From an uncultured Chloroflexia bacterium (GTDB lineage Bacteria > Chloroflexota > Limnocylindria > Limnocylindrales > CSP1-4), in the NCBI GenBank assembly GCA_963748675.1, contig CAVVJX010000005.1:516462-580461 (forward strand): a stretch of 64,000 bases of DNA. Reading direction: 5' to 3'. How positions within the stretch are numbered: the first letter of the stretch is position 1; each line of letters starts with the position of its first letter. Shown piece after piece: positions 13,549 through 23,341 of this stretch. The notes beneath the pieces were generated by a model. That model ran no database searches. It worked only from the letters and a program-made list of their open reading frames with translations, and was not told the origin of the DNA. Made by a program: the position numbers and the translations under genes.

Positions 13549-14262
13549 ATGAAGATCTTCCTCGACACCGCCGACATCGAAGAGATCCGCACCGTCGCCC
13601 GCTGGGGCATCCTCGACGGGGTGACCACGAACCCGACGCTGTTCGCGAAGACCAGCGGCATGAGCTACGAGGAAGTCCTCAAGGAGATCTGCTCGATCAC
13701 GAGCGGACCGGTGTCCGCCGAGGTGGTCGCCGAGGACGTCGACGGCATGCTCACCGAGGGCCGCGCCTTCGCGAAGCTCGCCCCGAACATCGTCGTCAAG
13801 GTCCCGATGAGCGAGGAAGGTCTCGAGGCGATGAGCCGCTTCGCCGACGAGGGCATCAAGACCAACTGCACGCTGATCTTCACGGCCAACCAGGGCCTCC
13901 TGGCCGCCAAGGCGGGTGCCAGCCTGCTGTCGCCGTTCGTCGGGCGGCTCGACGACATCAACCAGGACGGCATGATCGTCGTCCGCGAATTGGCCGAGAT
14001 CGTCGCGATCCACGAGCTGGAGACCGAGGTCCTCGCGGCCTCCATCCGCAACCCGGTGCACATGACCCAGGCGGCCCTGGCCGGCGCGCACGTGGCGACG
14101 CTCCCGTTCAAGGTCCTCAAGCAGATGGTCCACCACCCGCTCACCGACAGCGGCATCACCCAGTTCCGCTCCGACTGGGAGAAGGCTCGCGAGGCGCTGG
14201 CGGCACGGGACGGCGGCGAGAAGAAGGAAGTCGCGGCCACGGCGGCCAAGCCCGGCGAGTAA
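13549..14262 (+). CDS. tal: Transaldolase (short Tal/FSA type)
   Basis: MKIFLDTADIEEIR...GVTTNPTLF...KVP (the Schiff-base Lys region); 237 aa. Upstream -10-like TAGAAT. Confidence 0.85.
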   Translation: MKIFLDTADIEEIRTVARWGILDGVTTNPTLFAKTSGMSYEEVLKEICSITSGPVSAEVVAEDVDGMLTEGRAFAKLAPNIVVKVPMSEEGLEAMSRFADEGIKTNCTLIFTANQGLLAAKAGASLLSPFVGRLDDINQDGMIVVRELAEIVAIHELETEVLAASIRNPVHMTQAALAGAHVATLPFKVLKQMVHHPLTDSGITQFRSDWEKAREALAARDGGEKKEVAATAAKPGE

Positions 14263-14328
14263 CCCGCGCCGGCCGGTCGGTACCGAGCGTCCGGCCGTGC
14301 CATCATCGGTGATCGAACGAGATCAGCG

Positions 14329-16155
14329 GTGAGCTCGCATCAGGACCGCTCGGAGGACGCGCCCGTGGCAGCGACAGAGGAGATACTCGGGCAGTTCCTG
14401 GGCGACGAGTCGTTCCCGGTGACCTGGGAGTCCGACGTCGAGAAGGACTTCTTCTGGGTCTACGACGACCTGCATTGCCCGCACCCGGTCAGCCCGATGT
14501 TCTTCGACATCGGTGGTTGGTGGCTGAGCTGCGACCACATGTTCCGTCGCTTCGGAACGCCGTTCGCGGTCGACTGGCTGGCCAAGAACGTCAACGGCTA
14601 CGTCTACACGACGGCCATCCCGGCCGACCCCGACCTGCGGATCGAGGGCACCGAGTACAGCTCGCGCTACGGGGCCCGCGTGCCGCGCGACGCGTCATAC
14701 GCGGCGGACATGGGCGCGTACCTCGACACCGTCCTGCCCGTGTATGGCGAGCATTTCGCCGATTGGTGGCACGACCGGCTCGTGCCCGAGATGCAGCGCA
14801 ACTTCGCGTCGCTCGAGGAGCGCCTCGACACCGCCCCCGGGATGTCGCTCGCCGAGGTGGCGGTGCTGCTCGAAGACGCGATCGACATGCACGATCGCCA
14901 CTGGAAGATCCACTGGATGCTCAACTTCGCCCAGCTGTCGGCGACCCTCAACCTGCGCGCGGTGATGGAGAAGCACCGCGGGGGAGTCGACGAGCAGTTG
15001 CTCGGGCGTCTCCAGAATTCCGCCTCCGACCGCAACTGGGACTCGATCGAGGCGCTCTGGCGGATGAAGAACGAGGTACGTGACGACGCGGAGCTGCGGA
15101 CGGCATTCGCCGCCGACGAGGTCCCCGATATCGTTCGGAACCTCCAAGGGACGGAGCGCGGCCGACGGTTCATCGCCGAGCGTGTCGAGCCGTATCAGCG
15201 GGAGTTCGGCTGGCACGCCGTCTGGAGCCACGAATTCATCTTCCCCACCGTGCGCGAGCACATGGAGCCGGCCATCGAGCTCGTTCGCGGCTACCTCACG
15301 ACGGACTACGACTTCCCGACGGCGATCGAGGCGATGCGTGCGGACATCGAAGGGGCATCGCGCGAGATCCTCGAGGGCCTCAGCGGGGACGCCCTCGAGG
15401 AGATGCGCGCCGCGAACGCGGTCAACCTCCGGATGGCGCCGCTCACCCCCGACCACCACTTCTACATCGACCAGGGGGCGAACGCCCACGTGCGCCTCGT
15501 CCTCATCGAAGTCGGGCGGAAGCTCGTCGACGCCGGCCGCCTCGACGAGCCGGACGACGTGATGTTCCTGCGCTACAACGAGCTCCGCAGCCTGATCGGC
15601 AGTGCGACCGCGCTCGATGCCCGCTCGATCGTCGCGGCTCGGCGCGCCGAGCGTGAGGCCGCCGCACGATTGCACCCGCGCGACTGGGTCGGCACGGTGA
15701 CGCCGTCGCAGCTCGCCTTCCCGTACCTCGTCAACTGGGGCTACCCGGACCGCTTCTACCAGACGCAGTCGGACGACGAGCGGTTGATCACGGGTATCGG
15801 GGGCTCGCCCGGCGTGATCGAGGGGGTCGCCCGGGTGGTGCGAACCGTCGACGAATTCGACGAGGTCCGTGACGGCGACATCCTCGTCTGCCAGATGACG
15901 AACCCGGCCTGGGTCGTCCTGTTCACGAAGATCGCCGGGCTCGTCACCGACACCGGCGGCACCACCTCGCATCCAGCCGTGCTCTCGCGCGAATTCGGGA
16001 TCCCGGCAGTCATCGGTACATCGGTGGCGACCCAGCGGATCGTCACGGGCGACCGCATCAGGATCGATGGGACGGCCGGTAGCGTCGAGATCCTCCGCGA
16101 CGAGGAGGCTCGACCGCACACGGCGTCGGCACCCGCGACGGCGATCGGACGATAG
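14329..16155 (+). CDS. PEP-utilizing-enzyme family protein: ~470-aa N-terminal domain of unknown family plus a C-terminal phosphohistidine swivel (mobile) domain; PpsA-like
   Basis: C-terminal GGTTSHPAVLSREFGIPAVIGT is the PEP-utilizers His signature. No ATP-grasp domain and no PEP/pyruvate TIM barrel. Confidence 0.7.
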   Translation: MSSHQDRSEDAPVAATEEILGQFLGDESFPVTWESDVEKDFFWVYDDLHCPHPVSPMFFDIGGWWLSCDHMFRRFGTPFAVDWLAKNVNGYVYTTAIPADPDLRIEGTEYSSRYGARVPRDASYAADMGAYLDTVLPVYGEHFADWWHDRLVPEMQRNFASLEERLDTAPGMSLAEVAVLLEDAIDMHDRHWKIHWMLNFAQLSATLNLRAVMEKHRGGVDEQLLGRLQNSASDRNWDSIEALWRMKNEVRDDAELRTAFAADEVPDIVRNLQGTERGRRFIAERVEPYQREFGWHAVWSHEFIFPTVREHMEPAIELVRGYLTTDYDFPTAIEAMRADIEGASREILEGLSGDALEEMRAANAVNLRMAPLTPDHHFYIDQGANAHVRLVLIEVGRKLVDAGRLDEPDDVMFLRYNELRSLIGSATALDARSIVAARRAEREAAARLHPRDWVGTVTPSQLAFPYLVNWGYPDRFYQTQSDDERLITGIGGSPGVIEGVARVVRTVDEFDEVRDGDILVCQMTNPAWVVLFTKIAGLVTDTGGTTSHPAVLSREFGIPAVIGTSVATQRIVTGDRIRIDGTAGSVEILRDEEARPHTASAPATAIGR

Positions 16156-16226
16156 GCACCTCGATGGCGACCGCCGCGCTGCTCGGTCGCGTCGTCATGG
16201 CCGACCGGGAGCTCTAGGCGCCGCCG

Positions 16227-17100
16227 ATGCGAGCCTTCGCGTACGAGCGGCCGACCGGCCTCGATGACGCCATCGCCTTGCTCGCCTCGGGGGATGCCGA
16301 GGCGCGCCCCCTGGCCGGCGGCACCGACCTGATCATCCGGCTCCGCGACGGCACGATCCGCCCGCGAACCGTGGTCGACATCAAGGGGATCGCCGAGCTC
16401 GACGGCGACATCCGCGATGGCGACGGGCACCTGCGGATCGGGGCCCGGACGGTGATGACGGACATCGTCCGCGACGAGCGCATCCAGCGTGACTACGAGG
16501 CCCTCGCCGAGGGAGCGGCCGTGGTCGGGTCCGCCCAGATCCGGAACCGGGCGACGCTGGCCGGCAACATCTGCAACGCCTCTCCCGCGGCGGACACGGC
16601 GCCGGCGCTCCTCGTGTACGGCGCGGTCGTTACCGTGGCGGGGCCCGCGGGGGACGCGGCGCATCCCGATCGACGACTTCTTCGTGAGCTCCGGTGTCAC
16701 GACGCTGGCGGCCGGCGAGCTCGTGACGTCGATCGAACTGCCACGTTCGCCGATCCGGCAAGGGGCCGTCCATGTCCGGCGGACCCGACGCCGTGGCCAC
16801 GACCTCGCGTCGGTCACGCTGGCCTGCGCCGTCCGTGCCGACGGGGTCACTCGGCTGGCGTACGGCAGCCTCGGGCCGCGGCCGGTGCTGGTCGTCGACG
16901 AGACCGGGGTCCTGGCCGATCCCGCGGCGCCGGACGAGTCGAAGATGCGGCGGCTCGAGGAGCTGTTCGTGGGCGCCAGCCCGTCCGCGCGTTCGATGCG
17001 GGCAAGCCCGGAGTACCGGCTCGCGATGCTGCGCGTGCTCGGCCTTCGGGCGGTCGACACGGCGATCGCGCGCCTGGCCGACGGGAATGGCCGGGCATGA
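16227..17100 (+). CDS. Molybdopterin dehydrogenase FAD-binding subunit (CoxM/XdhB-like); one frameshift near 16650 in a G5 run
   Basis: LAGGTDLIIRLRDG...ATLAGNICNASPAADTAP. The C-terminal half (IPIDDFFV...) is in the 16489 frame. A GGGGG run versus GGGG explains the shift. Confidence 0.75.
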
Positions 17101-17664
17101 CGACGCCTCGGCGGATCGACGTGACGGTCAACGGCCGTGCCCGGTCGATCGAGGTCGCGGCGCACCACACGCTCCTCGAGGTGCTGCGTGACGACCTCGG
17201 GCTGACCGGGACGAAGGAGTGCTGCCTGGTCGGCGAGTGCGGGGCCTGCACGGTGCTGGTCGACGACGTCAGCGTCGATTCGTGCCTGGTCCTCGCGGCC
17301 GAGGTGGACGGCGCGAGCGTCACGACCGTCGAGGGCCTCGCGACCGGCGACGGGCTCCATCCGCTCCAGCAGGCGTTCCTGGACACGGGCGCCGTGCAGT
17401 GCGGGTTCTGCATCCCGGGCCAGCTGATCGCGGCGCAGGCGCTGCTCGCCAACACCCCGCACCCGTCGCGCTCCGAGATCGAGGAAGGGCTCGCCGGGAA
17501 CCTGTGCCGGTGTGCCGGGTACGAGCAGATCATCGAGGCCGTGGTTTTGGCGGCGGCGCGTCGACGCGGCCGGCGGCCAGGCAGTCCCGCGAGGCGCGGG
17601 CGCCTACGCGCCGGCGATGGGGGACCGAGCATCGACGCCGGACGCCGACGTCGCGCCGCAATGA
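17097..17664 (+). CDS. (2Fe-2S)-binding small subunit of the Mo hydroxylase (CoxS/XdhC-like); C-terminal frame uncertain
   Basis: ATG overlaps the preceding TGA. CCLVGECGACTV...CGFCIPGQ...CRCAGYEQI. In frame it reads into the large subunit through an Arg-rich stretch with no stop. A +1 frame ends CAATGA exactly on the large-subunit ATG. Confidence 0.65.
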
Positions 17665-19916
17665 CCGGGAGTGTCGGCACGTCGCCGGCGCGGGTCGGCG
17701 GCATCGGGCGCGTGACGGGACAGCAGGCGTACGTCGCCGATCTCGATCTCGATGACGTGCTCCACGTGAAGCTCGTCACGCTCGATGTCGCCCGTGGCCG
17801 GATCGGGGAGATCGACACGAGCGCGGCGATGGACGTCCCGGGCGTTCGGCTCGTGATGACCGCCGCCGACCTGCCGCAGCCGATGCCGCGGTTCGGGCCC
17901 CAGCGGCGCGACCGACCCGTGCTGGCCGTCGGGGAGACGAAGTACCACGGTGAGCCCGTGGCGGCGGTCGCGGCCGAGACGTCCGATGCGGCGGAGGAGG
18001 GGGCACGGCTCGTCCGCGTTGCCTGCGAGGAGCTGCCGGCGAACCACACCCTCGCCGCCTCGCTGGCCGATGGGGCACCGCTCGTCCAGGACCCGGGCCT
18101 GCGACCGGACGATCCGCTCGCCGGGACCAACGTCCTCAGCGAGCACCGCTACGGCTGGGGCGACCTCGACGCCGCAGCGCGCGAGGCGGACGTCGTCACC
18201 GAGGGCACCTACACGTTCCCGATGGTCACCCAGTTCGCGATCGAGCCCCACGCCTTCATGGCAGCACCCGACGGCGACGGCATCGCGATCTGGAGCGCGA
18301 TCCAGCACCCGTACTGGTTGCAGCGGGTCATCGCGGACCTGGTCGGCCTGCCACTCGCCAAGGTTCGGGTCTTCGCGCCTGACCCCGGCGGGGCGTTCGG
18401 CGGCAAGCAGCACGCGAAGTACGAGCCGTTGCTCGCGTTCATGGCGCTCAAGACAGGCCGGCCCGTTCGGCTCGTCCTGAGCCTCGAGGAGACGTTCCAG
18501 GCCGTCCGTCGCGGGGCCGCGCAGGTCCACGTCCGGTCCGGCTTCCGCCGCGACGGGACCCTCGTGTTCCGGGACATCGAGGCGGACTACCTGATCGGCG
18601 CCTATGCCGACATCGCCGACCGGACGGTCGCCAAGGGCAGCTACACCTCCGGGGGGCCGTATCGATGTCCGGCTACGCGTATCGTCGCCCGGAGCGTGCT
18701 GTCCCACACGGTCCCGTCCACCGCGTTCCGTGGGTTCGGCAATCCCCAGCAGATCTGGGCGGTCGAATCGAGCATGGACGAAGCCGCCGTGGAGCTCGGG
18801 ATCGATCCCCTGGCGCTCCGTCTCAAGAATCTCGCCAGGCCCGGTGAGGTCTTCCTCCCCGACGACCGCCCCGCCGACGGCGACTGGGCCAAAAGCGTGG
18901 ACCGCGCCGCCGAATTGATCGGTTGGGGTACGCCGCTCCCGCCGGGGCGCGGACGGGGATTGGCCGTCGGACTGAAATCCGGCCCCACGACGGGCCTCTC
19001 GTACTCGACGGTCCGGCTGCTCGCAGACGGGAGCGTGGTCGTCAACGCCGGCACGTCCGACATGGGCCAGGGCGCCCGGACGATCTTCGCTCAGATCGCG
19101 GCGGGGGAGCTCGGCGCGCCGATGGAATGGGTCAGGGTCGTCATGGGCGATACCGCCGTCGTCCCGTACGACCAACAGACGTCGGCGAGTCGATCGTCCG
19201 TGCTGATGGGCAACTCCGTCCTGCTCGCCTGCCAGGACGTCCAGGCCAAGATCCGGGCGATGGCGGCACGGCTCGAATCGCTGGACGAGGATGCCATCGA
19301 GGTGTCGCGCGGCGAGGTCCGGATCGGTGACCGCGTCCTGCCGATCCGCGACGTTCTGGTCCGCGGATTGGGTCGGCTCGGTGGGGAGGTCATCGGCATC
19401 GGCGAGGCGCGCAAGGAGGCGGAGCCAGAGCATCCGCTCGGTGGGACCGCCGCGTTCTACGAGTTCAACTGCACCGCCGTGGAGGTCGAGGTCGATCGCG
19501 CGACCGGCGACGTCGTCATTGCCCGCTACGTGACCGTCTCGGACGTCGGCAAGGCGCTCAACCCGACGCAGGTCCGAGGCCAGGACGAGGGCGCCGCGAT
19601 CATGGGCCTCGGTCACACGTTGATGGAGCAGTACATCTACGACGACACGGGCCGGCTCCGGAACCTCGGTGCGATCGACTATCGGATCCCGACGAGCATG
19701 GACCTGCCGCTCCAGATGGAGAGCGACATCGTCGAGAACGAGGACGGCCCCGGGCCGTATGGCGCCAAGGGCATGAGCGAGGGCGCGCTGCTCCCGGTCG
19801 CGCCGGCCGTGGCGGCGGCGGTCCGCGACGCGACCGGCGTCGTCATCCGCGACCTGCCGCTCACACCGGAGCGGGTCTGGCGGGCGATCCAGGAGTCGGA
19901 GGCTCCCGCGCCGTGA
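17661..19916 (+). CDS. Molybdopterin-binding large subunit of a xanthine-dehydrogenase-family hydroxylase (752 aa)
   Basis: GGAFGGKQH, TAFRGFGNPQ, GQGARTIFAQI, EGALLPVAPAVAAAV. XDH / aldehyde-oxidoreductase-like signatures, and the CO-dehydrogenase AYRCSFR motif is absent. Confidence 0.8.
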   Translation: MTGSVGTSPARVGGIGRVTGQQAYVADLDLDDVLHVKLVTLDVARGRIGEIDTSAAMDVPGVRLVMTAADLPQPMPRFGPQRRDRPVLAVGETKYHGEPVAAVAAETSDAAEEGARLVRVACEELPANHTLAASLADGAPLVQDPGLRPDDPLAGTNVLSEHRYGWGDLDAAAREADVVTEGTYTFPMVTQFAIEPHAFMAAPDGDGIAIWSAIQHPYWLQRVIADLVGLPLAKVRVFAPDPGGAFGGKQHAKYEPLLAFMALKTGRPVRLVLSLEETFQAVRRGAAQVHVRSGFRRDGTLVFRDIEADYLIGAYADIADRTVAKGSYTSGGPYRCPATRIVARSVLSHTVPSTAFRGFGNPQQIWAVESSMDEAAVELGIDPLALRLKNLARPGEVFLPDDRPADGDWAKSVDRAAELIGWGTPLPPGRGRGLAVGLKSGPTTGLSYSTVRLLADGSVVVNAGTSDMGQGARTIFAQIAAGELGAPMEWVRVVMGDTAVVPYDQQTSASRSSVLMGNSVLLACQDVQAKIRAMAARLESLDEDAIEVSRGEVRIGDRVLPIRDVLVRGLGRLGGEVIGIGEARKEAEPEHPLGGTAAFYEFNCTAVEVEVDRATGDVVIARYVTVSDVGKALNPTQVRGQDEGAAIMGLGHTLMEQYIYDDTGRLRNLGAIDYRIPTSMDLPLQMESDIVENEDGPGPYGAKGMSEGALLPVAPAVAAAVRDATGVVIRDLPLTPERVWRAIQESEAPAP

Positions 19917-22045
19917 CCTACACGTTCCCCTTGGACGCGGCGCATCCCGGGACGCTCGACGACGCCAAGGCGCTCGTCGGCGGCAAGGCCGCGAACCTCG
20001 GGGTCATGGCGCGCGACCTCGGCCTTCCGGTGCCGCCGGGCTTCGCGATCACGACGGCGACGTGCCGCGTCTTCCTCGCGAGCGGGTGGCCGGACGGACT
20101 CGACGACGAGATTCGCGCCCGGATGGCCGACATCGAAGCCGCCGTCGGGCGCCGCTTCGGCGACCCGGCAGACCCGCTGCTCGTCAGCGTCCGCTCGGGT
20201 GCTCCGGTGTCGATGCCCGGGATGATGGACACGATCCTGAACCTCGGCATCAACGAGGCGACCACCGTCGGGCTCGGCCGGACAGCCGGCAGCAAGGCCT
20301 TCGCGCAGGCGTGTCGAGAGCGCTTCGTCGCGAGCTTCCGGTCCATCGTCGGTGTCCAGGACGTCCCCGACGACCCGTGGACCCAGCTCCGACTCGCGAT
20401 CGAAGCCGTGTTCCGGTCGTGGGACAGCCCCCGAGCGAAGGCCTACCGGCAGAAAGAGGGGATCGCGGACGACCTTGGGACGGCTGTGACCGTTCAGGCG
20501 ATGGTCTTCGGCAATCGCGGACCGGATTCCGGCACCGGCGTCGTGTTCACGCGCAACCCCGCGACCGGCGAGCCCGGCCTCTACGGCGACGTCATGTTCG
20601 AGGCCCAGGGGGAGGACGTCGTCGCCGGCACCCATCAGACCGAGCCGATCGCCGTCCTCGACGAGCGCATGCCGGCCGTCGCTGCCGACCTGCGTACGCA
20701 CGCGACACGGTTGGAGCGCCACTACGCCGACTTGTGCGACATCGAGTTCACGATCGAGGACGGGCGGCTCTGGATGCTCCAGGTCCGGGTCGGCAAGCGC
20801 AGCCCGCAGGCCGCGGTGCGGATGGCCGTGGACATGGCCGAGGACGACGCGTTCCCCTTGTCGCGCACGGAAGCCGTCGAGCGGGTCGCGTCGCTGCTCG
20901 CCGATCCGCCCGAGACCGCGACGGGCCGCACTGACGCGGCATCGCCCCTGACGGTCGGCCTGGCCGCCTCGCCGGGAGTGGCGAGCGGCCCGATCGTCAC
21001 AAATCCCGAAGCGGCCGTGGCCGCCGCCGATGCAGGACGTGCCGCGATCCTCGTCCGCGCCGAGACGTCCCCTGACGACGTCCACGGCATGGCCAAGGCG
21101 GCCGGCATCCTGACCTCGCGGGGTGGCCTCGCGAGCCACGCTGCAGTCGTCGCACGCGGGTGGGGGATCCCGGCCGTCGTCGGCGCTTCGGGGATCGAGG
21201 TCCGCGACGGCGAGGTCGTCGTGGGCGATCGGACCTTGAAGTCCGGCGAGGTCGTGACGATCGATGGCAGCACCGGCGAGGTCTTCGAAGGCACGGTCGC
21301 CGGGGCGACAGAGCCGATGCCGGAGGCTCGGACGCTGCTGGCCTGGGCGACTGATCTCGGAATCCCAATCGGTGACGACGGCGAGGCCGAATCGGAGCCC
21401 GCCGCTGTGGCGGCGACCGGTCGCGACGCCACACCAGACGACTGCATCCGCGCGCTCGCGATCAAGGGCTTCGCCCAGGCCGAGGCGGTCGCCGACTTCG
21501 TCCTGTCAACGCCAGACGAGGTCCGCCCGATCCTGGACCAGGTCACCGCGGACGAGCTGGCCGCGACGGTCGCAGGCGCCTACAAGCTGACCGATGCCGG
21601 GACGAGCCGGGCGACCGAGATCCTCGTCGCGGAGCGAGACGCGTGGGGAACGGACCGCGCGGTCGCGGCACTCGACACGTTCCTGGAGCTCGACCACCGC
21701 GTGAAGGTCATCGTCACCGCCTGGCAGCTCCGCGGCGACCCGGACAGCGGCGTCATCAACGACCACTCGGACGCCGACTACGACCGTGGCGTGCTGGAGG
21801 ACCTCGCCGCCCTCCACGGGGATGCCATGACCTGGCTGAGCACGCAGGCCGAGGGTCTCAACCGACTGGCCGACTACGGTGTTCGGCTCGGTCGCGCTCT
21901 TGATGGGGCCGCCGGTGGCGACCACCGGTTCGTGGCCTCACCGCGAGTCGACAGCTACCACGGCATCTGGTTCGAGCTCCACGAGGACCTGATCCGCCTC
22001 GCCGGCCGCACGCGCGAGGAGGAATCCGCCGCCGGTCGCGCCTGA
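19913..22045 (+). CDS. Pyruvate-phosphate-dikinase-like phosphotransferase: PPDK N-terminal ATP-grasp domain plus phosphohistidine domain, with no PEP/pyruvate domain and an unknown ~230-aa C-terminal region
   Basis: LVGGKAANLGVM...PLLVSVRSGAPVSMPGMMDTILNLG (PPDK_N) and GGLASHAAVVARGWGIPAVVG (His domain). Start overlaps the large-subunit stop. Confidence 0.75.
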   Translation: MTYTFPLDAAHPGTLDDAKALVGGKAANLGVMARDLGLPVPPGFAITTATCRVFLASGWPDGLDDEIRARMADIEAAVGRRFGDPADPLLVSVRSGAPVSMPGMMDTILNLGINEATTVGLGRTAGSKAFAQACRERFVASFRSIVGVQDVPDDPWTQLRLAIEAVFRSWDSPRAKAYRQKEGIADDLGTAVTVQAMVFGNRGPDSGTGVVFTRNPATGEPGLYGDVMFEAQGEDVVAGTHQTEPIAVLDERMPAVAADLRTHATRLERHYADLCDIEFTIEDGRLWMLQVRVGKRSPQAAVRMAVDMAEDDAFPLSRTEAVERVASLLADPPETATGRTDAASPLTVGLAASPGVASGPIVTNPEAAVAAADAGRAAILVRAETSPDDVHGMAKAAGILTSRGGLASHAAVVARGWGIPAVVGASGIEVRDGEVVVGDRTLKSGEVVTIDGSTGEVFEGTVAGATEPMPEARTLLAWATDLGIPIGDDGEAESEPAAVAATGRDATPDDCIRALAIKGFAQAEAVADFVLSTPDEVRPILDQVTADELAATVAGAYKLTDAGTSRATEILVAERDAWGTDRAVAALDTFLELDHRVKVIVTAWQLRGDPDSGVINDHSDADYDRGVLEDLAALHGDAMTWLSTQAEGLNRLADYGVRLGRALDGAAGGDHRFVASPRVDSYHGIWFELHEDLIRLAGRTREEESAAGRA

Positions 22046-22095
22046 ATGACGGGAATGCCGGCGGTGTACTCGCGGTCGAGCGGCCGCGTTCTAGC

Positions 22096-22422
22096 ATGGG
22101 TGCCATGACGTCCTCGCCCGCCCGACCGGTCATCACGAACGCGCCTTCGCGCGACCGCTACGAGGCCCATATCGACGGTGAGCTCGCGGGCGTCCTCGAA
22201 TACAAGGTCGCGCGGGGGCGGATCGCGCTCATCCACACCGAAGTGCCGCCGGTCCACGAGGGCCGTGGCGTGGGGTCTGCGCTCGTCCGCTTCGCGCTTG
22301 ACGACGCCCGCCGGCGTGAGCTTCGGGTCATCCCGACCTGTCCGTACGTCCAGGACTACCTCAAGCGACACCCGGAGGCCGAAGACATCGTTGTCGGGCG
22401 CGCCCGGACGACCCCCGCCTGA
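22096..22422 (+). CDS. Small GNAT-family N-acetyltransferase (YjdC-like, ~100 aa)
   Basis: HTEVPPVHEGRGVGSALVRFALDDAR...VIPTCPYV matches the minimal GNAT fold family. Confidence 0.6.
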   Translation: MGAMTSSPARPVITNAPSRDRYEAHIDGELAGVLEYKVARGRIALIHTEVPPVHEGRGVGSALVRFALDDARRRELRVIPTCPYVQDYLKRHPEAEDIVVGRARTTPA

Positions 22423-22443
22423 CACGAGCCGGCGTCGGGACGC

Positions 22444-23339
22444 TCAGCGCCCCTTCGAGTATCCCTTCGCGGTCAGCTTGTCCCAGAGCGACCCGGCGTT
22501 GTTGTTCTGGATGTGATCCATCATGTAGCCCTGCCCGACGTCGACCGGGCCGAAGGCGTCGTCGAAGCGGACCCGCTGCGATGGTCTCCTCGCGGGTCCA
22601 GCCCTTGGCGACCGCGTCGGCGACCGCGGCCTTCCAGGCAAGCAGCACGGCCCGCTGGGTGTCCACGTAGCTGAGTGGCTGCACCGGCCCGTGGTCCGGG
22701 CACGAGACGGTCGACGTCCAGCTGCCGGATGCGCTCCAGCGCCTCGATCCATTGGTCGACGTCCGACGTCATCAGCCACGTCTGGACCTCGCTGAAGATC
22801 GTGTCGCCGGTGAACACGACGCGCTCCTCCGGCACGTGCACCGCGAGCTGGCCCGGCGTGTGGCCGGGCGTGTGGAGCAGGTGGAACGTGTGGTCGCCGA
22901 CTCGCAGCGTCAGGTCGCCCGTGAACACGACGGTGCCCTTGTTCGGATCCTCGTAGTAGACGTCACGGTCGGGGATCAGCGGGGCCGCCTCGGGGTCATC
23001 GGTCGGGATGGCCTCGAGCGCGTACGCGAACGGATCGAGGGCCGCATTCGGGTCCATGAAGTTGTCGTACAGGCCCTGGTGGTTGACCACCGGCACGCCC
23101 TTGAACCAGTAGTTGCCGAAGATGTGATCGACGTGGTGCTCGGTGTTGATGAGGTAGCGGATCGGGCCGTGCGTCTCGGCCTCCGCGCGCATCGCGATCG
23201 CGCGCGTCGGCAGCTGTGGCGTGTCGATGTGGACGACCCCGTCGGACGTGGTGACGAAGCTCGGGTTGCAGCCGCGCAGCTTGGTCGTCGTGTAGACGTT
23301 GGGCGTGACGCGCTCGAGCTCGATGGCGGCGGTCGCCAT
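22444..23339 (-). CDS. MBL-fold metallo-hydrolase; two frameshifts near the 3' end (about 22565 and 22690)
   Basis: HHVDHIFG (HxHxDH), HTPGHTPG, VFTGDT. The C-terminus is recovered from ORFs 22361..22684 and 22444..22779. Extra G and C bases in homopolymer runs. Confidence 0.7.
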
Positions 23340-23341
23340 CG

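Noticed and set aside
16227-19916. Single 1229-aa ORF spanning FAD, FeS and Moco subunits as one giant protein
   Set aside because: The FAD part needs a frame correction at about 16650 and ends with a TGA overlapping the FeS ATG. The continuous frame is an accident of missing stops in Arg-rich read-through sequence.
17661-19916. Assigning the Mo enzyme as aerobic CO dehydrogenase (CoxSML)
   Set aside because: The large subunit lacks the AYRCSFR / AYRGAGR active-site signatures and instead carries generic XDH / aldehyde-oxidoreductase-type motifs (GGAFGGK, TAFRGFG). No coxDEFG accessory genes are nearby.
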